This document shows, in pieces, positions 44,220 to 54,431 of a stretch of DNA of 64,000 bases. The stretch covers positions 8,174 to 72,173 of the forward strand of contig DASWHR010000027.1 in NCBI GenBank assembly GCA_036398095.1, read 5' to 3'. The notes beneath the pieces are model-generated. The model saw only the letters and a list, made by a program, of their open reading frames with translations, did no database searches and had not been told where the DNA came from. Position numbers and translations under genes: made by a program. Position 1 is the stretch's first letter. Each line of letters begins with the position of its first letter. Source of the stretch: Actinomycetota bacterium. Lineage in GTDB: Bacteria > Actinomycetota > AC-67.

Positions 44220-46727
44220 ATGACCCGGATTCGACTGCGGTTCCTCGTCGGCGCGCTCGCCGTGGTTCTGGCGATCCCCGGCGTCCGCGCGTCCGGCGAG
44301 ACGCCGCCGAAGATTCTCACCGTCGCCAACGACTCGACGCGTCCGCTCGCCTGGGACGGAACGGCCGTGCTGGCGCCGGCCGGCGTCCAGCAGTCGCAGC
44401 TGCGCGACGCGTCCTTCACCGCCGGCGCGGCCCATCAGCGTTTCGTCGCGAAGGTCGGACCGGCACGCGAGGCGCGCGTGACGATCTGGATCCACTGGGA
44501 GACCCCTGAGGATCTCGCCCTGGCCGTCACCGACGGAAAGCAAACGACCTACGCATCTTCGGACGAACAAGCCGGCACCGACGAGATCGTCTCGTTCGAC
44601 GTCGCGAACGGCGCGACCTACACGGTCGAGGTGTATGCGAAAGCCGGCGCACCCACCGGGGTGCGGCCCCAGTACGAGGCGACCGCCTGGGTTCGCCACG
44701 CCGACGGGATCAATACCACCAAGCGCGCCAACGCCACCTTGAAGTTCGTCAAGCCGAACGTGTGCGGCGATCCCAACTATCGCGTCGATGCGAACGGCTC
44801 GCGCGTCTACGAGCCGCCGCCGCCGTGCTACATGAAGCTGAAGATGCCGATTAACGTAGTCTTCGTCGGCTTCGACAAGGCCGAGGTGGACGCGCACAAG
44901 CCGGACGTCGCCGGCCAGTTCCCCGACCCAGACCCGCGCGCCCAATTGGTCAAGCCGATCGTCGAGAACGAATCGCGCACCGGCGGGGGCGTGCCGCTCG
45001 CGCGGAACGGCGGAAGCCAGGTGCGCCAGGCCGCCATGCTTCAGGGTTCGGCGATGAGCTATCTGCCGTGGGCGTACGATTTTGGCGAGCCCAACATCGT
45101 GGTCACCGACGAGGCCTGGACGCGCCGGCTGTTCGGCGCGGCGAAGGCGGCGACGACGTCGGGGGAGTACGCGCACCCCTGGGATCGCGCCTATCTGGAG
45201 TCCTACAACGGCCGTGCCGCCGCGCTCCGCCGCGATCATCCGGTCGTGCCCGGCTCGCCGGTGGACTTCATCGACGCGATGAAGGTCGAAGACTGGATCG
45301 CCAAGAACCCGCCGAAGGGATTGAAGTTCAACCCGGCCGACTCCGCGCTCGGATTCACCTATTTCGTCATCGACACCTACCGTCCGTCATATGCCGGCGA
45401 ATACTTCAACGTGGACCGTTACCACAATTTCCGCGTTATGAACTCGCTCACGACCGACCCCGATACCGGCGAGCAGCGCGGATTCGACTGGGGCCGCGTT
45501 TGGGGCGGCCGCTACCGGTTCTTGATGCTCGACGTCGGCGCGGCGCCGAACTCGTTCGAAGGATCCACGCCGGTCAACGGCGCGACTTACCGCGTCGCCG
45601 GAGGCGGCGATTCCGCGCTGCTGGATCCACCGGTGTGGGAGTACGCGAACTGCGCCGCGATCGACTGCCGCGACTTGCTGCCGATCATGTATCAGCGGAT
45701 CGGCGAGAACGCGCTCAGCGCGTTGTATACGCGTTTCGCGCGCGGATATGCCACCCGCCCGCGCGCCACCGATCTGTACCTGTTGTCGTCGAACACCTGG
45801 ACCGACGCGAACGCGGTCACCGACGCCCCGCCGCGCTACGACGCCAAGCGCGTCGCCGCGAGCGTCTACGACCTGATGCGCTACACGCGCGTCGTGCCGT
45901 TCACCCGCGCGAAGACGCTCCACGCCGGCGACGCCGAGCAAGAGGCGCTCGACGCCGCGCGAATGCAGTCGGCCGCGCGGCTGCCGTCGGGGACCGGAGC
46001 CGACCCGCATCCGGTGATGCGGATGATGCTTCGCGACCGAGCGGCCTACGCGCCGAAGATCCCCGGTTCGATTTCGATTCCGATCGTCAACGCGCTGCTT
46101 CCCGGCGCGACGTCGTGGAACGGCGCCGACGCCGACGGCTCGCTCCTTGCCGACCTCGGCGGCGACCCGTGGGGGCTCGTGCAGTCGATCAGCGACGCCG
46201 GGGCGGCACCGGTTGAGCGGGGCTTCACCGTGCCCGCGATCCGAAACGTCGGCCGCGTGCTCGGGCTGTATCCCGCGACGGAAGGCATCGCCTACACCCG
46301 CGACTTGCCGCCGGACGTGAACGCGCCGCGGCCTCATCCGGCGAAGGCGGACGAGCAGTATCGCGCCTACTACAAGACGTTCGACTGGACGCACGCGACG
46401 ACCGCGACGCCCATGGCGGCGGGATGGTTCTATTCGCGCTTCGAGATCCTGGACAAGGACGCGATCGGGATCGCGCACGCGTTCGACTGGCTCGACCGGT
46501 CGCTCGACGACGTCGCCGACGCGTTCGCGATCCTGGACGTGCGCGGGCACCGGACGCTGCCGAAGGCCGTGGAAGATCAGATCATGCGCGCCGGAACCTT
46601 CATGGGCCAGACCGTCGCCTACGTTCAGTTCGGCCTGATGACCCAAGCCGTGCGCGCCGCCCGTCGCGCCAAGACCGAGACCGAAAAAGTCGTCACCACC
46701 GCGATCAGGGCCGGGGTCCGTCGCTAG
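44220..46727 (+). CDS. large secreted protein of unknown function (~835 aa)
   Basis: AAGGAAA RBS. Signal peptide MTRIRLRFLVGALAVVLAIPGVRASG. There is no domain I can name. It is preceded by a 218-bp structured leader. Confidence 0.6.
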   Translation: MTRIRLRFLVGALAVVLAIPGVRASGETPPKILTVANDSTRPLAWDGTAVLAPAGVQQSQLRDASFTAGAAHQRFVAKVGPAREARVTIWIHWETPEDLALAVTDGKQTTYASSDEQAGTDEIVSFDVANGATYTVEVYAKAGAPTGVRPQYEATAWVRHADGINTTKRANATLKFVKPNVCGDPNYRVDANGSRVYEPPPPCYMKLKMPINVVFVGFDKAEVDAHKPDVAGQFPDPDPRAQLVKPIVENESRTGGGVPLARNGGSQVRQAAMLQGSAMSYLPWAYDFGEPNIVVTDEAWTRRLFGAAKAATTSGEYAHPWDRAYLESYNGRAAALRRDHPVVPGSPVDFIDAMKVEDWIAKNPPKGLKFNPADSALGFTYFVIDTYRPSYAGEYFNVDRYHNFRVMNSLTTDPDTGEQRGFDWGRVWGGRYRFLMLDVGAAPNSFEGSTPVNGATYRVAGGGDSALLDPPVWEYANCAAIDCRDLLPIMYQRIGENALSALYTRFARGYATRPRATDLYLLSSNTWTDANAVTDAPPRYDAKRVAASVYDLMRYTRVVPFTRAKTLHAGDAEQEALDAARMQSAARLPSGTGADPHPVMRMMLRDRAAYAPKIPGSISIPIVNALLPGATSWNGADADGSLLADLGGDPWGLVQSISDAGAAPVERGFTVPAIRNVGRVLGLYPATEGIAYTRDLPPDVNAPRPHPAKADEQYRAYYKTFDWTHATTATPMAAGWFYSRFEILDKDAIGIAHAFDWLDRSLDDVADAFAILDVRGHRTLPKAVEDQIMRAGTFMGQTVAYVQFGLMTQAVRAARRAKTETEKVVTTAIRAGVRR

Positions 46728-47815
46728 CCGAGCACCTCGCGGATCGCGTCCAGAAGGAACTCGATCGCGTCCTCGTGGCATGACTCACCCATGAGACCGA
46801 TCCGCCACGCCGTTCCCGCGAGCGGACCCAATCCGCCGCCGACCTCGACATCGAACCGATCCAGCAGCTCGCGCCGGAGCGCGTCGGCGTCCCGGCCGCC
46901 GGGCAGACGGACCGCTTGCAACTGTGGCAGGCGAAAACCGTCCTGCGCGAACTGCTCGAAGCCGAGTGCATCCAGCTCCTTGGCCAGCACGGCACCGAGT
47001 CGCTCGTGCCGGGCCCATCGGGTTTCGAGTCCCTCTTCGAGCACGAGGCGCAGACCTTCGTGCAATCCGAGCAGCATCGAGATCGGGGCGGTGTGATGGT
47101 AGACGCGCTCGGAACCCCAATATCGCGTCAGCAAGGAAACATCCAGGTACCACGATTGCACCGGGGATCGTCGCGCGGCGATGGCCTCGACGGCGCGCGG
47201 CGAGAACGTGATCGGCGCAAGGCCCGGCGGGACCGACAAGCACTTCTGCGTCCCCGAATAGCACACGTCCACGCCCCACGCGTCGGTCTCGACCGGGATC
47301 CCCGCGAGGGACGTCACGGCGTCCACCACGATCATTGCTCCCGCATCACGCCCGAGCGAGGCGAGCGGCTCGACCGGCTGCCGCATTCCGGTGGATGTCT
47401 CGGCATGCACGAACGCGAGCACTTTCGCCCCGTCCAGGTGTGGCACGATCCGCGCGGGCTCGATCGGGGTTCCCCATTCCGCGCGAACCTCGCGAACCTG
47501 CGCGCCGCATCGCCGGGCGACCTCGGCCATCCGCTCGCCGAACACGCCGGCGATCCCGACGACGGCGATGTCGCCCGGCTCGAGCAGATTCACCAGCGCG
47601 GCCTCCATCCCGGCACTGCCGGTGCCACTGACGGCGAACGTGGTTTCGTTGGCGGTTTTGAACGTGCGCCTGAGCATGTCGCGCACCTCGTCCATCATGG
47701 ACAGGAACTCCGGATCGAGATGGCCGAGCAGCGGACGGGCCATCGCCTGAAGCACCGAGGGAGCCACGGTGGACGGCCCGGGTCCGAATAGCCGCCGAAT
47801 TCGGTAGTTTCGCAC
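46724..47815 (-). CDS. class V aminotransferase (alanine--glyoxylate / serine--pyruvate aminotransferase family)
   Basis: LFGPGPSTVAPSVLQAMARPLLGH and SGTGSAGMEAALVNLLEPGD are collinear with AGXT. Trimmed to GTG 47815, because the listed TTG at 47878 would overlap the divergent neighbour's start. Confidence 0.8.
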   Translation of the reverse strand: MRNYRIRRLFGPGPSTVAPSVLQAMARPLLGHLDPEFLSMMDEVRDMLRRTFKTANETTFAVSGTGSAGMEAALVNLLEPGDIAVVGIAGVFGERMAEVARRCGAQVREVRAEWGTPIEPARIVPHLDGAKVLAFVHAETSTGMRQPVEPLASLGRDAGAMIVVDAVTSLAGIPVETDAWGVDVCYSGTQKCLSVPPGLAPITFSPRAVEAIAARRSPVQSWYLDVSLLTRYWGSERVYHHTAPISMLLGLHEGLRLVLEEGLETRWARHERLGAVLAKELDALGFEQFAQDGFRLPQLQAVRLPGGRDADALRRELLDRFDVEVGGGLGPLAGTAWRIGLMGESCHEDAIEFLLDAIREVLG

Positions 47816-47868
47816 GAGCCGGAAGCATAACCTTGATCCTTTCCGGGTGGGCTGGTCGTTTATAGATC

Positions 47869-49326
47869 GTGAAGCCAACCCACAGGGTGATCTCGCGCGG
47901 GCGCGTCATGCTCGCCGCCGCGTTGTCGGTCGCCGCGATCGTGCCGCTCACGCCGGCCCGAGCGCTCGTTCCTTATCAGGGCTGGACGCCGTCGTCGCTT
48001 GGCATGGTTCCGGAATGCGGCAAGTATGAGACGAGCGGCTACGCGGTCTCCGGTTGTTTGATCACGCGCCGCATGCGCTTCCACCCGACGTTGCCCGGCG
48101 TGGCCGTCGTTGGGACGCTGCGACAAGGGCCGTGGATCACGACGAACGGATCCACCTGGACGCCGCTCGCGCCGCACTGTCTGTCGACGCTATACACAAT
48201 CGAAAGCGCAGTCGGGAACGGCCTGGGCGCCTGCGGGGTCGAAGACATCGCGTTCGATCCGCTCGAGCCTCAGACAATCTATGTCACCGCATTCACGTTC
48301 TCGTCGCCGCTGTTGATCGGCTACAACATCGAGCCGGCCGGCGTGTACCGCTCGATCAACATGGGCGTTACGTGGGAGTTGATCTCGCCTCCGATTCGCG
48401 GCGCCGGCCTTGCGGTGATCCGCGACGCGGCGCGCACCACGATCATGGCGGGACAGATCCAGCACTCCGACTGGGACATCGGTACGACCAAGAGCTTGAT
48501 CATCTCCGACAACGGCGGGCAGACATGGCGCAACGTGAGCCTGCCGGCCGCGTCCGGCTGCAACCGCAACGTCTTCCTGTCCTCGTCGTATCTGGTCGCG
48601 ACGATCGTGCGGCATCCGACGAACCCGAACCTTGTGTATGCGGCAACGAACGGCGGCATCTACATGAGCGCCAACCGCGGTGCCTCGTGGTCGGTTGTGC
48701 TTGCCAAGTGCATCTCGAAACCGGTTTCGATCGGCATGATCTGGGGGCTGACGATCTCCCCCGACGGCAAGACCGTCTTCGCCGGCCTCTGGGACGGGAC
48801 CATCATGATGTCGTCGACGACGCGCACTTCGACCAAGACGTGGAAGAAGGTGACGACGATCGATGGGACGATGATCTCGCACTTGATGCCCGATGTGCGC
48901 GATCCAACGGGAAAGACCTTCTACGCGGCGGCGCTCAACAAGGCGGCCGGAAAGACCAACATCTCCGCCGGCGTCTACCGGATCAAGATCGGCTCGCCGA
49001 CGAAATGGGAGCTGCTGATGGATTCGTGGGCGTCCGGGGTGAACCACGCGATGGGATCCTTGCCGCGCGGCCCGTACAATCTGATCAAAGACTCGCCGGC
49101 ATTCTGGATGGCGCAAAACCCGGTCGACCGCGATGTGATCTACGTGTCGCAGGCCGCCGGCGGAATCTTCTGGCGAAGCGAAGGCTCGCCGTCCCCGTCG
49201 GCGGAGAATCCGGGATTGCCGGCGGTGCCGGCCGCTCCGCCCGTCCCGACCGCGACGCCGACCGCGCTTCCGACCGCGACGTCCACGCCGCGCGTGCCGT
49301 TTCCCACCGCAACCCCGACGCTCTAA
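47869..49326 (+). CDS. secreted BNR/Asp-box repeat protein (sialidase-fold / Ycf48-like beta-propeller)
   Basis: Signal peptide, then repeated S-x-D-x-G-x-T-W motifs (SDNGGQTWRNV, ATNGGIYMSANRGASW, SPDGKTVF). The C-terminus is Pro/Thr/Ala-rich. Start is GTG 47869 or ATG 47908. Confidence 0.65.
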   Translation: MKPTHRVISRGRVMLAAALSVAAIVPLTPARALVPYQGWTPSSLGMVPECGKYETSGYAVSGCLITRRMRFHPTLPGVAVVGTLRQGPWITTNGSTWTPLAPHCLSTLYTIESAVGNGLGACGVEDIAFDPLEPQTIYVTAFTFSSPLLIGYNIEPAGVYRSINMGVTWELISPPIRGAGLAVIRDAARTTIMAGQIQHSDWDIGTTKSLIISDNGGQTWRNVSLPAASGCNRNVFLSSSYLVATIVRHPTNPNLVYAATNGGIYMSANRGASWSVVLAKCISKPVSIGMIWGLTISPDGKTVFAGLWDGTIMMSSTTRTSTKTWKKVTTIDGTMISHLMPDVRDPTGKTFYAAALNKAAGKTNISAGVYRIKIGSPTKWELLMDSWASGVNHAMGSLPRGPYNLIKDSPAFWMAQNPVDRDVIYVSQAAGGIFWRSEGSPSPSAENPGLPAVPAAPPVPTATPTALPTATSTPRVPFPTATPTL

Positions 49327-49340
49327 CGCAGTCGGCGCTC

Positions 49341-49346
49341 TATAAT
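49341..49346 (+). promoter_or_regulatory. consensus -10 hexamer TATAAT 9 nt upstream of the malic enzyme ATG (leaderless-type promoter)
   Basis: Seen directly: gctcTATAATcgcgcccacATG. There is no room for an RBS. Confidence 0.45.
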
Positions 49347-49355
49347 CGCGCCCAC

Positions 49356-50771
49356 ATGAGTCAAATCTCGCCCTCAGCCGGCTATTCGCTGCGTTTGCTC
49401 GTCAACCTGCGCAGCACGCCCGGCACGCTCGGCCGCCTTATGACCGCGATCGGCCGCGCCGGCGGCGACCTTGGCGCGGTGGACCTGATCGAGCATCGCG
49501 GCAACATTGTCGTCCGCGAGATCACCGTGAAATGCCGCGACGACGCGCACGGCCGGCAGATCGTCAAGGCCGCCCAACGCGTCCAGGGTGTCGAGGTTCG
49601 CGGAACCTCGGACCGAACCTTCGATATCCACGTCGGCGGCAAGATCTCGGTCACGCCGAAGTTTCCGCTCCGAAGTCGCGACGACCTGTCCATGGCCTAC
49701 ACGCCCGGCGTCGGACGCGTCTCCAGCGCAATCGCCGAAAACCCCGAGCTTGTCTACGACTACACGATCAAGGCCAACTCGGTTGCGGTCTTCACCGACG
49801 GATCGGCCGTGCTCGGCCTGGGCGATCTCGGTCCCGAGGCTGCGATGCCGGTGATGGAAGGCAAGGCGATGCTCTTCAAAGAGTTCGCCGACATCGACGC
49901 CTACCCGATCTGCATTCGCGCCGACACTGCCGACGAGATCGTGGCCGTGGCCAAGGCGATCGCACCCGGCTTCGGCGGGATCAACCTGGAAGACATCGCC
50001 GCACCCGAATGCTTCGAGGTCGAGGCGCGCCTGCGCACGGAGCTCGACATCCCCGTCTTCCACGACGATCAGCACGGCACCGCCGTCGTCGTCGCCGCCG
50101 CGCTGATGAATGCGGCGCGCGTTGCCGGCCGTCCGCTGGAGGATCTCAAGGTCGTCGTGCTCGGCATGGGCGCGGCCGGTGTCGCCTGCTCGAAGCTGAT
50201 GCTCCGCATCGGCGTCGGCGATCTGATCGGCCTGGATCGTCACGGCGTGATCCATCCCGGCCGCGGCGGTCTGCCGGCCGAGAAGCAGTGGATCGCCGAT
50301 CACACCAACCGCGACAAGGTGACCGGTGACTTGGAGGCGGCGCTCCGCGGCGCGAACGTGTTCGTCGGCCTGTCCGGGCCGAACTTGGTCAAGCCCGAAT
50401 GGGTCGAGCAGATGTCCAACGACGCGATCGTGTTCGCGATGGCCAACCCGGTGCCCGAGATCATGCCCGAGCAAATGCCCCGCAATGTGCGCGTGATCGG
50501 CACCGGCCGCAGCGACTATCCCAATCAGATCAACAACGTGCTCGTCTTCCCCGGCTTCTTCCGCGGTCTGCTCGACTGCCGCGCCTCCAGCGTCACCGAC
50601 ACGCAGAAGGTCGCCGCCGCCGAGGCGCTCGCGGCGTTCGTGGGCGAAACCGAACTCGATGAGGAATACATCCTTCCGTCGGTCTTCGACCGGCGCGTCA
50701 TGCCTTCGATCGCCGCAGCCGTTCGAGACGCCGCGGTCGCCGAAGGTGTCGCTCGAAGAAAGACCGGCTAA
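49356..50771 (+). CDS. NAD(P)-dependent malic enzyme with N-terminal ACT domain
   Basis: The ACT-like N-terminus is followed by the malic enzyme signatures [11 protein letters not shown] and [12 protein letters not shown]. Trimmed to the ATG at 49356. Confidence 0.9.
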   Translation: MSQISPSAGYSLRLLVNLRSTPGTLGRLMTAIGRAGGDLGAVDLIEHRGNIVVREITVKCRDDAHGRQIVKAAQRVQGVEVRGTSDRTFDIHVGGKISVTPKFPLRSRDDLSMAYTPGVGRVSSAIAENPELVYDYTIKANSVAVFTDGSAVLGLGDLGPEAAMPVMEGKAMLFKEFADIDAYPICIRADTADEIVAVAKAIAPGFGGINLEDIAAPECFEVEARLRTELDIPVFHDDQHGTAVVVAAALMNAARVAGRPLEDLKVVVLGMGAAGVACSKLMLRIGVGDLIGLDRHGVIHPGRGGLPAEKQWIADHTNRDKVTGDLEAALRGANVFVGLSGPNLVKPEWVEQMSNDAIVFAMANPVPEIMPEQMPRNVRVIGTGRSDYPNQINNVLVFPGFFRGLLDCRASSVTDTQKVAAAEALAAFVGETELDEEYILPSVFDRRVMPSIAAAVRDAAVAEGVARRKTG

Positions 50772-52111
50772 GGCCCCAGCACGATCACGCGCTCGGGCGC
50801 GGGATTGGGTGCCCGATCGTCTGACCTCGACGCGGCGGCCGGCAGGGTCACCGTGAAAGTGCTGCCCTCATCGACCGCGCTGTGCACGTCGATGTGAGCG
50901 TTCATGCGATCGCACAGCAGCCGCGCCAAGTACAGGCCGATTCCCAGCCCGCCCGCCGCGCGCCGGTCGGCCGGCTCGACTTGAAAGAAGCGGTCGAAGA
51001 CGCGGCCCAGATGCTCTCCAGGGATGCCGGGACCATGATCGCGGACCGACACGACGACACGCTCGCCGTTCCGCGCGGCGACGCGCACGTCCACGTCGCT
51101 TCCCGACGGCGAAAACTTGCACGCATTCGACACCAGCGCCGCCACGATCTGCCGGAGGCGCTCCCCGTCGGTGAGCACGCGCGGCACGTCCGGATCCACG
51201 CGGAGACGAAGCCGGTGTTGCTGGTCGGATGTCTCGGCGCAGGCGGCGCGGACGATCGGCTCGATGTCGACCGGGGCGACCTCGACGGCCAGATCGCCGT
51301 CCTGCAAGCCGGCGATGCGCATTAGGTCGTCGAGATGCCGGCCGAGGCGATGCCCGCCGGCGAGGATACGATCCGCCAGGTAGACGATCAGATCCCGGTC
51401 GAGTTCGCGACCGTGCCGCTTGATCGATTCGGCAAAGCCGACGATCGACGTGAGCGGCGTGCGCAGCTCGTGCGAGACGATCGCGATGAAGTCGTGCTTG
51501 AGCCGCTCGGTCTCGATGCGCTCTTCGACGGTCGCCAGCTCGTGCGCGTGGATGATCGCGTTCTGCACCGCCGAGGCGATGGCCGGGGCGAAGGCGGTGA
51601 TCGTGTCGCGATCCGCTTGCGTGAAGGCATCCACCTCGGGCGCGTCCACCTGGACGACGCCGATGATCTCGCCGTGGGCGATGAGCGGCAGCCCGAAGTA
51701 GCTGCGAACGCCGCTGCTGACGCCCTTCGTGCGGCCCTCCGGATGGACGCGCGAATCGATGGTGATATCCGGGATGTAGACGGGGTCGCCGCCGGCCGCG
51801 ATCCCGCCCGACACGCCCGCGCCGACGGGGATTCGCACCGTCTTGGCCGCGGGCGAAGCGGGCGGATCTGTCGCGGCGGCGAGCAGAAACCCGTTTTCGA
51901 TCAACTGAATCGCGCCGCCACCGAAGCCGACCAGCCGCCGCAGCGCCGCAAGGCTCCGATCGAGCGCATCCTGCAGGTCTAGCGTGCCGGTGACTTCGCG
52001 CGTCAAGGCAAGCAACAGCCGGCCGGTGCGATCCTCTCCGTTCACACCTGCACAATGCGCGTTCCGGAGGCCGCGCGTCCATGCCTCGGCCGGGCCATTC
52101 GCGCGCCACAA
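50768..52111 (-). CDS. GAF-domain sensor histidine kinase (orphan; no cognate response regulator adjacent)
   Basis: H-box IAIVSHELRTPLTSIVGF and ATPase N/G boxes (SNACKF, DHGPGIP, GGLGIGL). An N-terminal GAF-like region is present. The start is uncertain: TTG 52111 or GTG 52045. Confidence 0.8.
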   Translation of the reverse strand: MWRANGPAEAWTRGLRNAHCAGVNGEDRTGRLLLALTREVTGTLDLQDALDRSLAALRRLVGFGGGAIQLIENGFLLAAATDPPASPAAKTVRIPVGAGVSGGIAAGGDPVYIPDITIDSRVHPEGRTKGVSSGVRSYFGLPLIAHGEIIGVVQVDAPEVDAFTQADRDTITAFAPAIASAVQNAIIHAHELATVEERIETERLKHDFIAIVSHELRTPLTSIVGFAESIKRHGRELDRDLIVYLADRILAGGHRLGRHLDDLMRIAGLQDGDLAVEVAPVDIEPIVRAACAETSDQQHRLRLRVDPDVPRVLTDGERLRQIVAALVSNACKFSPSGSDVDVRVAARNGERVVVSVRDHGPGIPGEHLGRVFDRFFQVEPADRRAAGGLGIGLYLARLLCDRMNAHIDVHSAVDEGSTFTVTLPAAASRSDDRAPNPAPERVIVLGP

Positions 52112-52126
52112 AACGCCCGATGAGTG

Positions 52127-52855
52127 TCAAAGGTCGGCGAACATGAACCCGACCCACAGGCCGTGCGCGACCGAACGCGAATCAACGCGCAGCCCCAGCC
52201 GCTCGAAGTGGCGTGCGACGTTTCCCAAGTCGCGCTCGAGCAGCTCGTGTCCGTCACGCGCAGTCCGGGGATCGACGGCCTGGGGAAAGTCGATGAGCAC
52301 CGGCCGTTCGTCCCACCACAGGATGTTGTAGGGCGACAGGTCGCAGTGGATGACGTTCGCGGCGAGCATCTTTTCGACGTTGGCGACGATCCGTTCCCAC
52401 GCGTCGCGCGCCTCGCGATGGCCGAGCCGGACGCGATTCAGTTGCGGCGCGGCGGTCTCGATCGAGCCGATGTATTCCATCGCGATCGAGCGCGGCCCTT
52501 GCGCGATCGGCTCGGGCACGTCGCAGCCGGCGGCGTGCAACTCGACCAGCCGCTCCCACTCGCGGTGGATCCATAGCCCTTCCTGCATCTGATGGCCCCA
52601 CCCGGTCTTCTTCTGGATCGCGCGCCGGTCGCGGGCTTTCAGCGTGCGAATGTCGGCGCCCATGTAGGCAAGGTCGGCGCGAAAGCCGCGTTCCTCGATC
52701 GGTTTGTATTCCTTGATCGCGATCAGGTCGCGTCCCGTGCGCGGATGGGCTTCGCACAGCACGACCGTCGCTTCCTTGCCGCTCTTCATGGGCCGGATGG
52801 GGCGCGTGATGTAGGCCTCTCCGGTGAAGTAATCCAGGGTTTCGCTTGTGAGCAC
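52127..52855 (-). CDS. RIO1-family atypical serine protein kinase
   Basis: VIHCDLSPYNILWWDERPVLIDFPQAVD matches the catalytic and metal-binding loops of RIO kinases. A GGAGA RBS precedes the GTG start. Confidence 0.75.
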   Translation of the reverse strand: MLTSETLDYFTGEAYITRPIRPMKSGKEATVVLCEAHPRTGRDLIAIKEYKPIEERGFRADLAYMGADIRTLKARDRRAIQKKTGWGHQMQEGLWIHREWERLVELHAAGCDVPEPIAQGPRSIAMEYIGSIETAAPQLNRVRLGHREARDAWERIVANVEKMLAANVIHCDLSPYNILWWDERPVLIDFPQAVDPRTARDGHELLERDLGNVARHFERLGLRVDSRSVAHGLWVGFMFADL

Positions 52856-53077
52856 GATCGCATCTCCTCGAAAAGGTCGCAGTCGGATAGGACATGCGCC
52901 ATCGGGAGTCGCGAGGGGTGTGACGGTGTGTCGAGAGCGGACCGGAATCCGGTCCGCTTCTTACACAGCGTGGAGGCTGGCGGCGTCCCGAAGGCGCGCG
53001 AAGACCGTGACGGTGTCCGTCATGGTGCGCCTCCCTTCGGGTCAGAGCCGGCACCGCGGCCGGCGATGTGAACGACT

Positions 53078-54379
53078 CTACGTCGCCGGCCGAGCCGCGT
53101 CCAGCATTTTTTCGGCGACCGCCTTGGTGCGGTCGTATCGGATGAATGACGGCAGCGCGAGTGCGACCACGCCGGCGCCGACCAGGCAGGCCAGCCCGCC
53201 CGACACGACGCTGAGCCGCACCGACGTCAATCCCGCGACCACGCCGGCTTCCACATCGCCGAGCGTCGGGCCGCCCGCATAGACGGCGATCTCCATCCCC
53301 GACAGGCGGCCGCGAAGATGGTCGGGCGTGACCTCTTGCACGATCGCCATCCGGAAGATGCCGCTGACCGCGTCGGCGAAGCCGGCCGCCGCCAAGCACG
53401 CGACCGCGACCGGGATGCTGCGCGTCAACCCGAACGCGGCGATCGCAACGCCCCAGCCCAGGACCGAGAGCGTGACGGCCAGGCCTTGCCGGCGTATGCG
53501 TCCCGACCAGCCGCTCGCCGCCATCGCCAGGAACGATCCGGCGCTGGGCGCGGCGTAGAGAAGTCCGAGGGACTTTGGCCCGCCGCCCATCATCGCCGCC
53601 ATCGCGGGAAACAGCGCCCTGGGCATGCCGAACACCATCGCGTTCAGGTCGATCAGGAATGAGCCCTGCAGCATCGGCCGGCCGCGAAGGAACGCGAAGC
53701 CTTCCAGGATCGACTTGAACCCGGGCGCGGCGGCATGCTCGCTCGCCGGCGAGGGCCGCATCATCGAGATCATCGCCAACGCGAACACGAACGTGCCCAC
53801 GTCGACCAGGTACGTGCCGGCCAGTCCGATCGTTGCGATCGCCAGCCCGCCGATCGCCGGCCCGGCCAGATGCGAGATCCCGAACGAGGATCCTTCTAGC
53901 GCCGCCATCGCCGGCAGCTTCGCCGGCGCGACCAAACGCGGCGCCCACGAGCGACGCGCCGGGATCGCGAAACCGAACGCGCCGGCCTGCACCGCAGCCA
54001 TTACGTAGAGGAACCACAGCGGCCCGCCGATTGAGGCGTTCCACGCGAGCAGCGACGACACGCCGATCTCGGCCAGGAGAATGATCGTGAGCAGCCGGCG
54101 ACGTTCGTGCGCGTCGGCGATCGCGCCGCCGACGATCGAGGCCACGATCAGCGGCGCCAACTCGGCCGCGCCCAGCAAGCCGACGGCCATCGCCGAGTGC
54201 GTGATCCGCCAGACTTGGTAGGGGAGTGCCACCATCGCCATGGCGGACCCGAGCGACGACACCGACATGCCGAAGAACAGGAAGCGGAAGTCGCGCGACT
54301 CGCGAAGAGGAGAGACGTCAAGCGCAATCCCGCGAATGCGAGACCGCATCCGCGAGCCGGGTTTCGACGGTTCGCTCAC
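53078..54379 (-). CDS. MFS transporter
   Basis: About 12 predicted TM segments with the MFS arrangement. 433 aa. Confidence 0.8.
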   Translation of the reverse strand: MSEPSKPGSRMRSRIRGIALDVSPLRESRDFRFLFFGMSVSSLGSAMAMVALPYQVWRITHSAMAVGLLGAAELAPLIVASIVGGAIADAHERRRLLTIILLAEIGVSSLLAWNASIGGPLWFLYVMAAVQAGAFGFAIPARRSWAPRLVAPAKLPAMAALEGSSFGISHLAGPAIGGLAIATIGLAGTYLVDVGTFVFALAMISMMRPSPASEHAAAPGFKSILEGFAFLRGRPMLQGSFLIDLNAMVFGMPRALFPAMAAMMGGGPKSLGLLYAAPSAGSFLAMAASGWSGRIRRQGLAVTLSVLGWGVAIAAFGLTRSIPVAVACLAAAGFADAVSGIFRMAIVQEVTPDHLRGRLSGMEIAVYAGGPTLGDVEAGVVAGLTSVRLSVVSGGLACLVGAGVVALALPSFIRYDRTKAVAEKMLDAARPAT

Positions 54380-54431
54380 AACCGAGCAACGTTAGCGCGA
54401 TCCGCGGTCGCCGGGCATAGATTTACGCCGG

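Noticed and set aside
43794-45239. 481-aa antisense ORF over the start of the large secreted-protein gene
   Set aside because: Arg-rich composition and no RBS. It overlaps a gene with a good RBS, a signal peptide and normal GC3.
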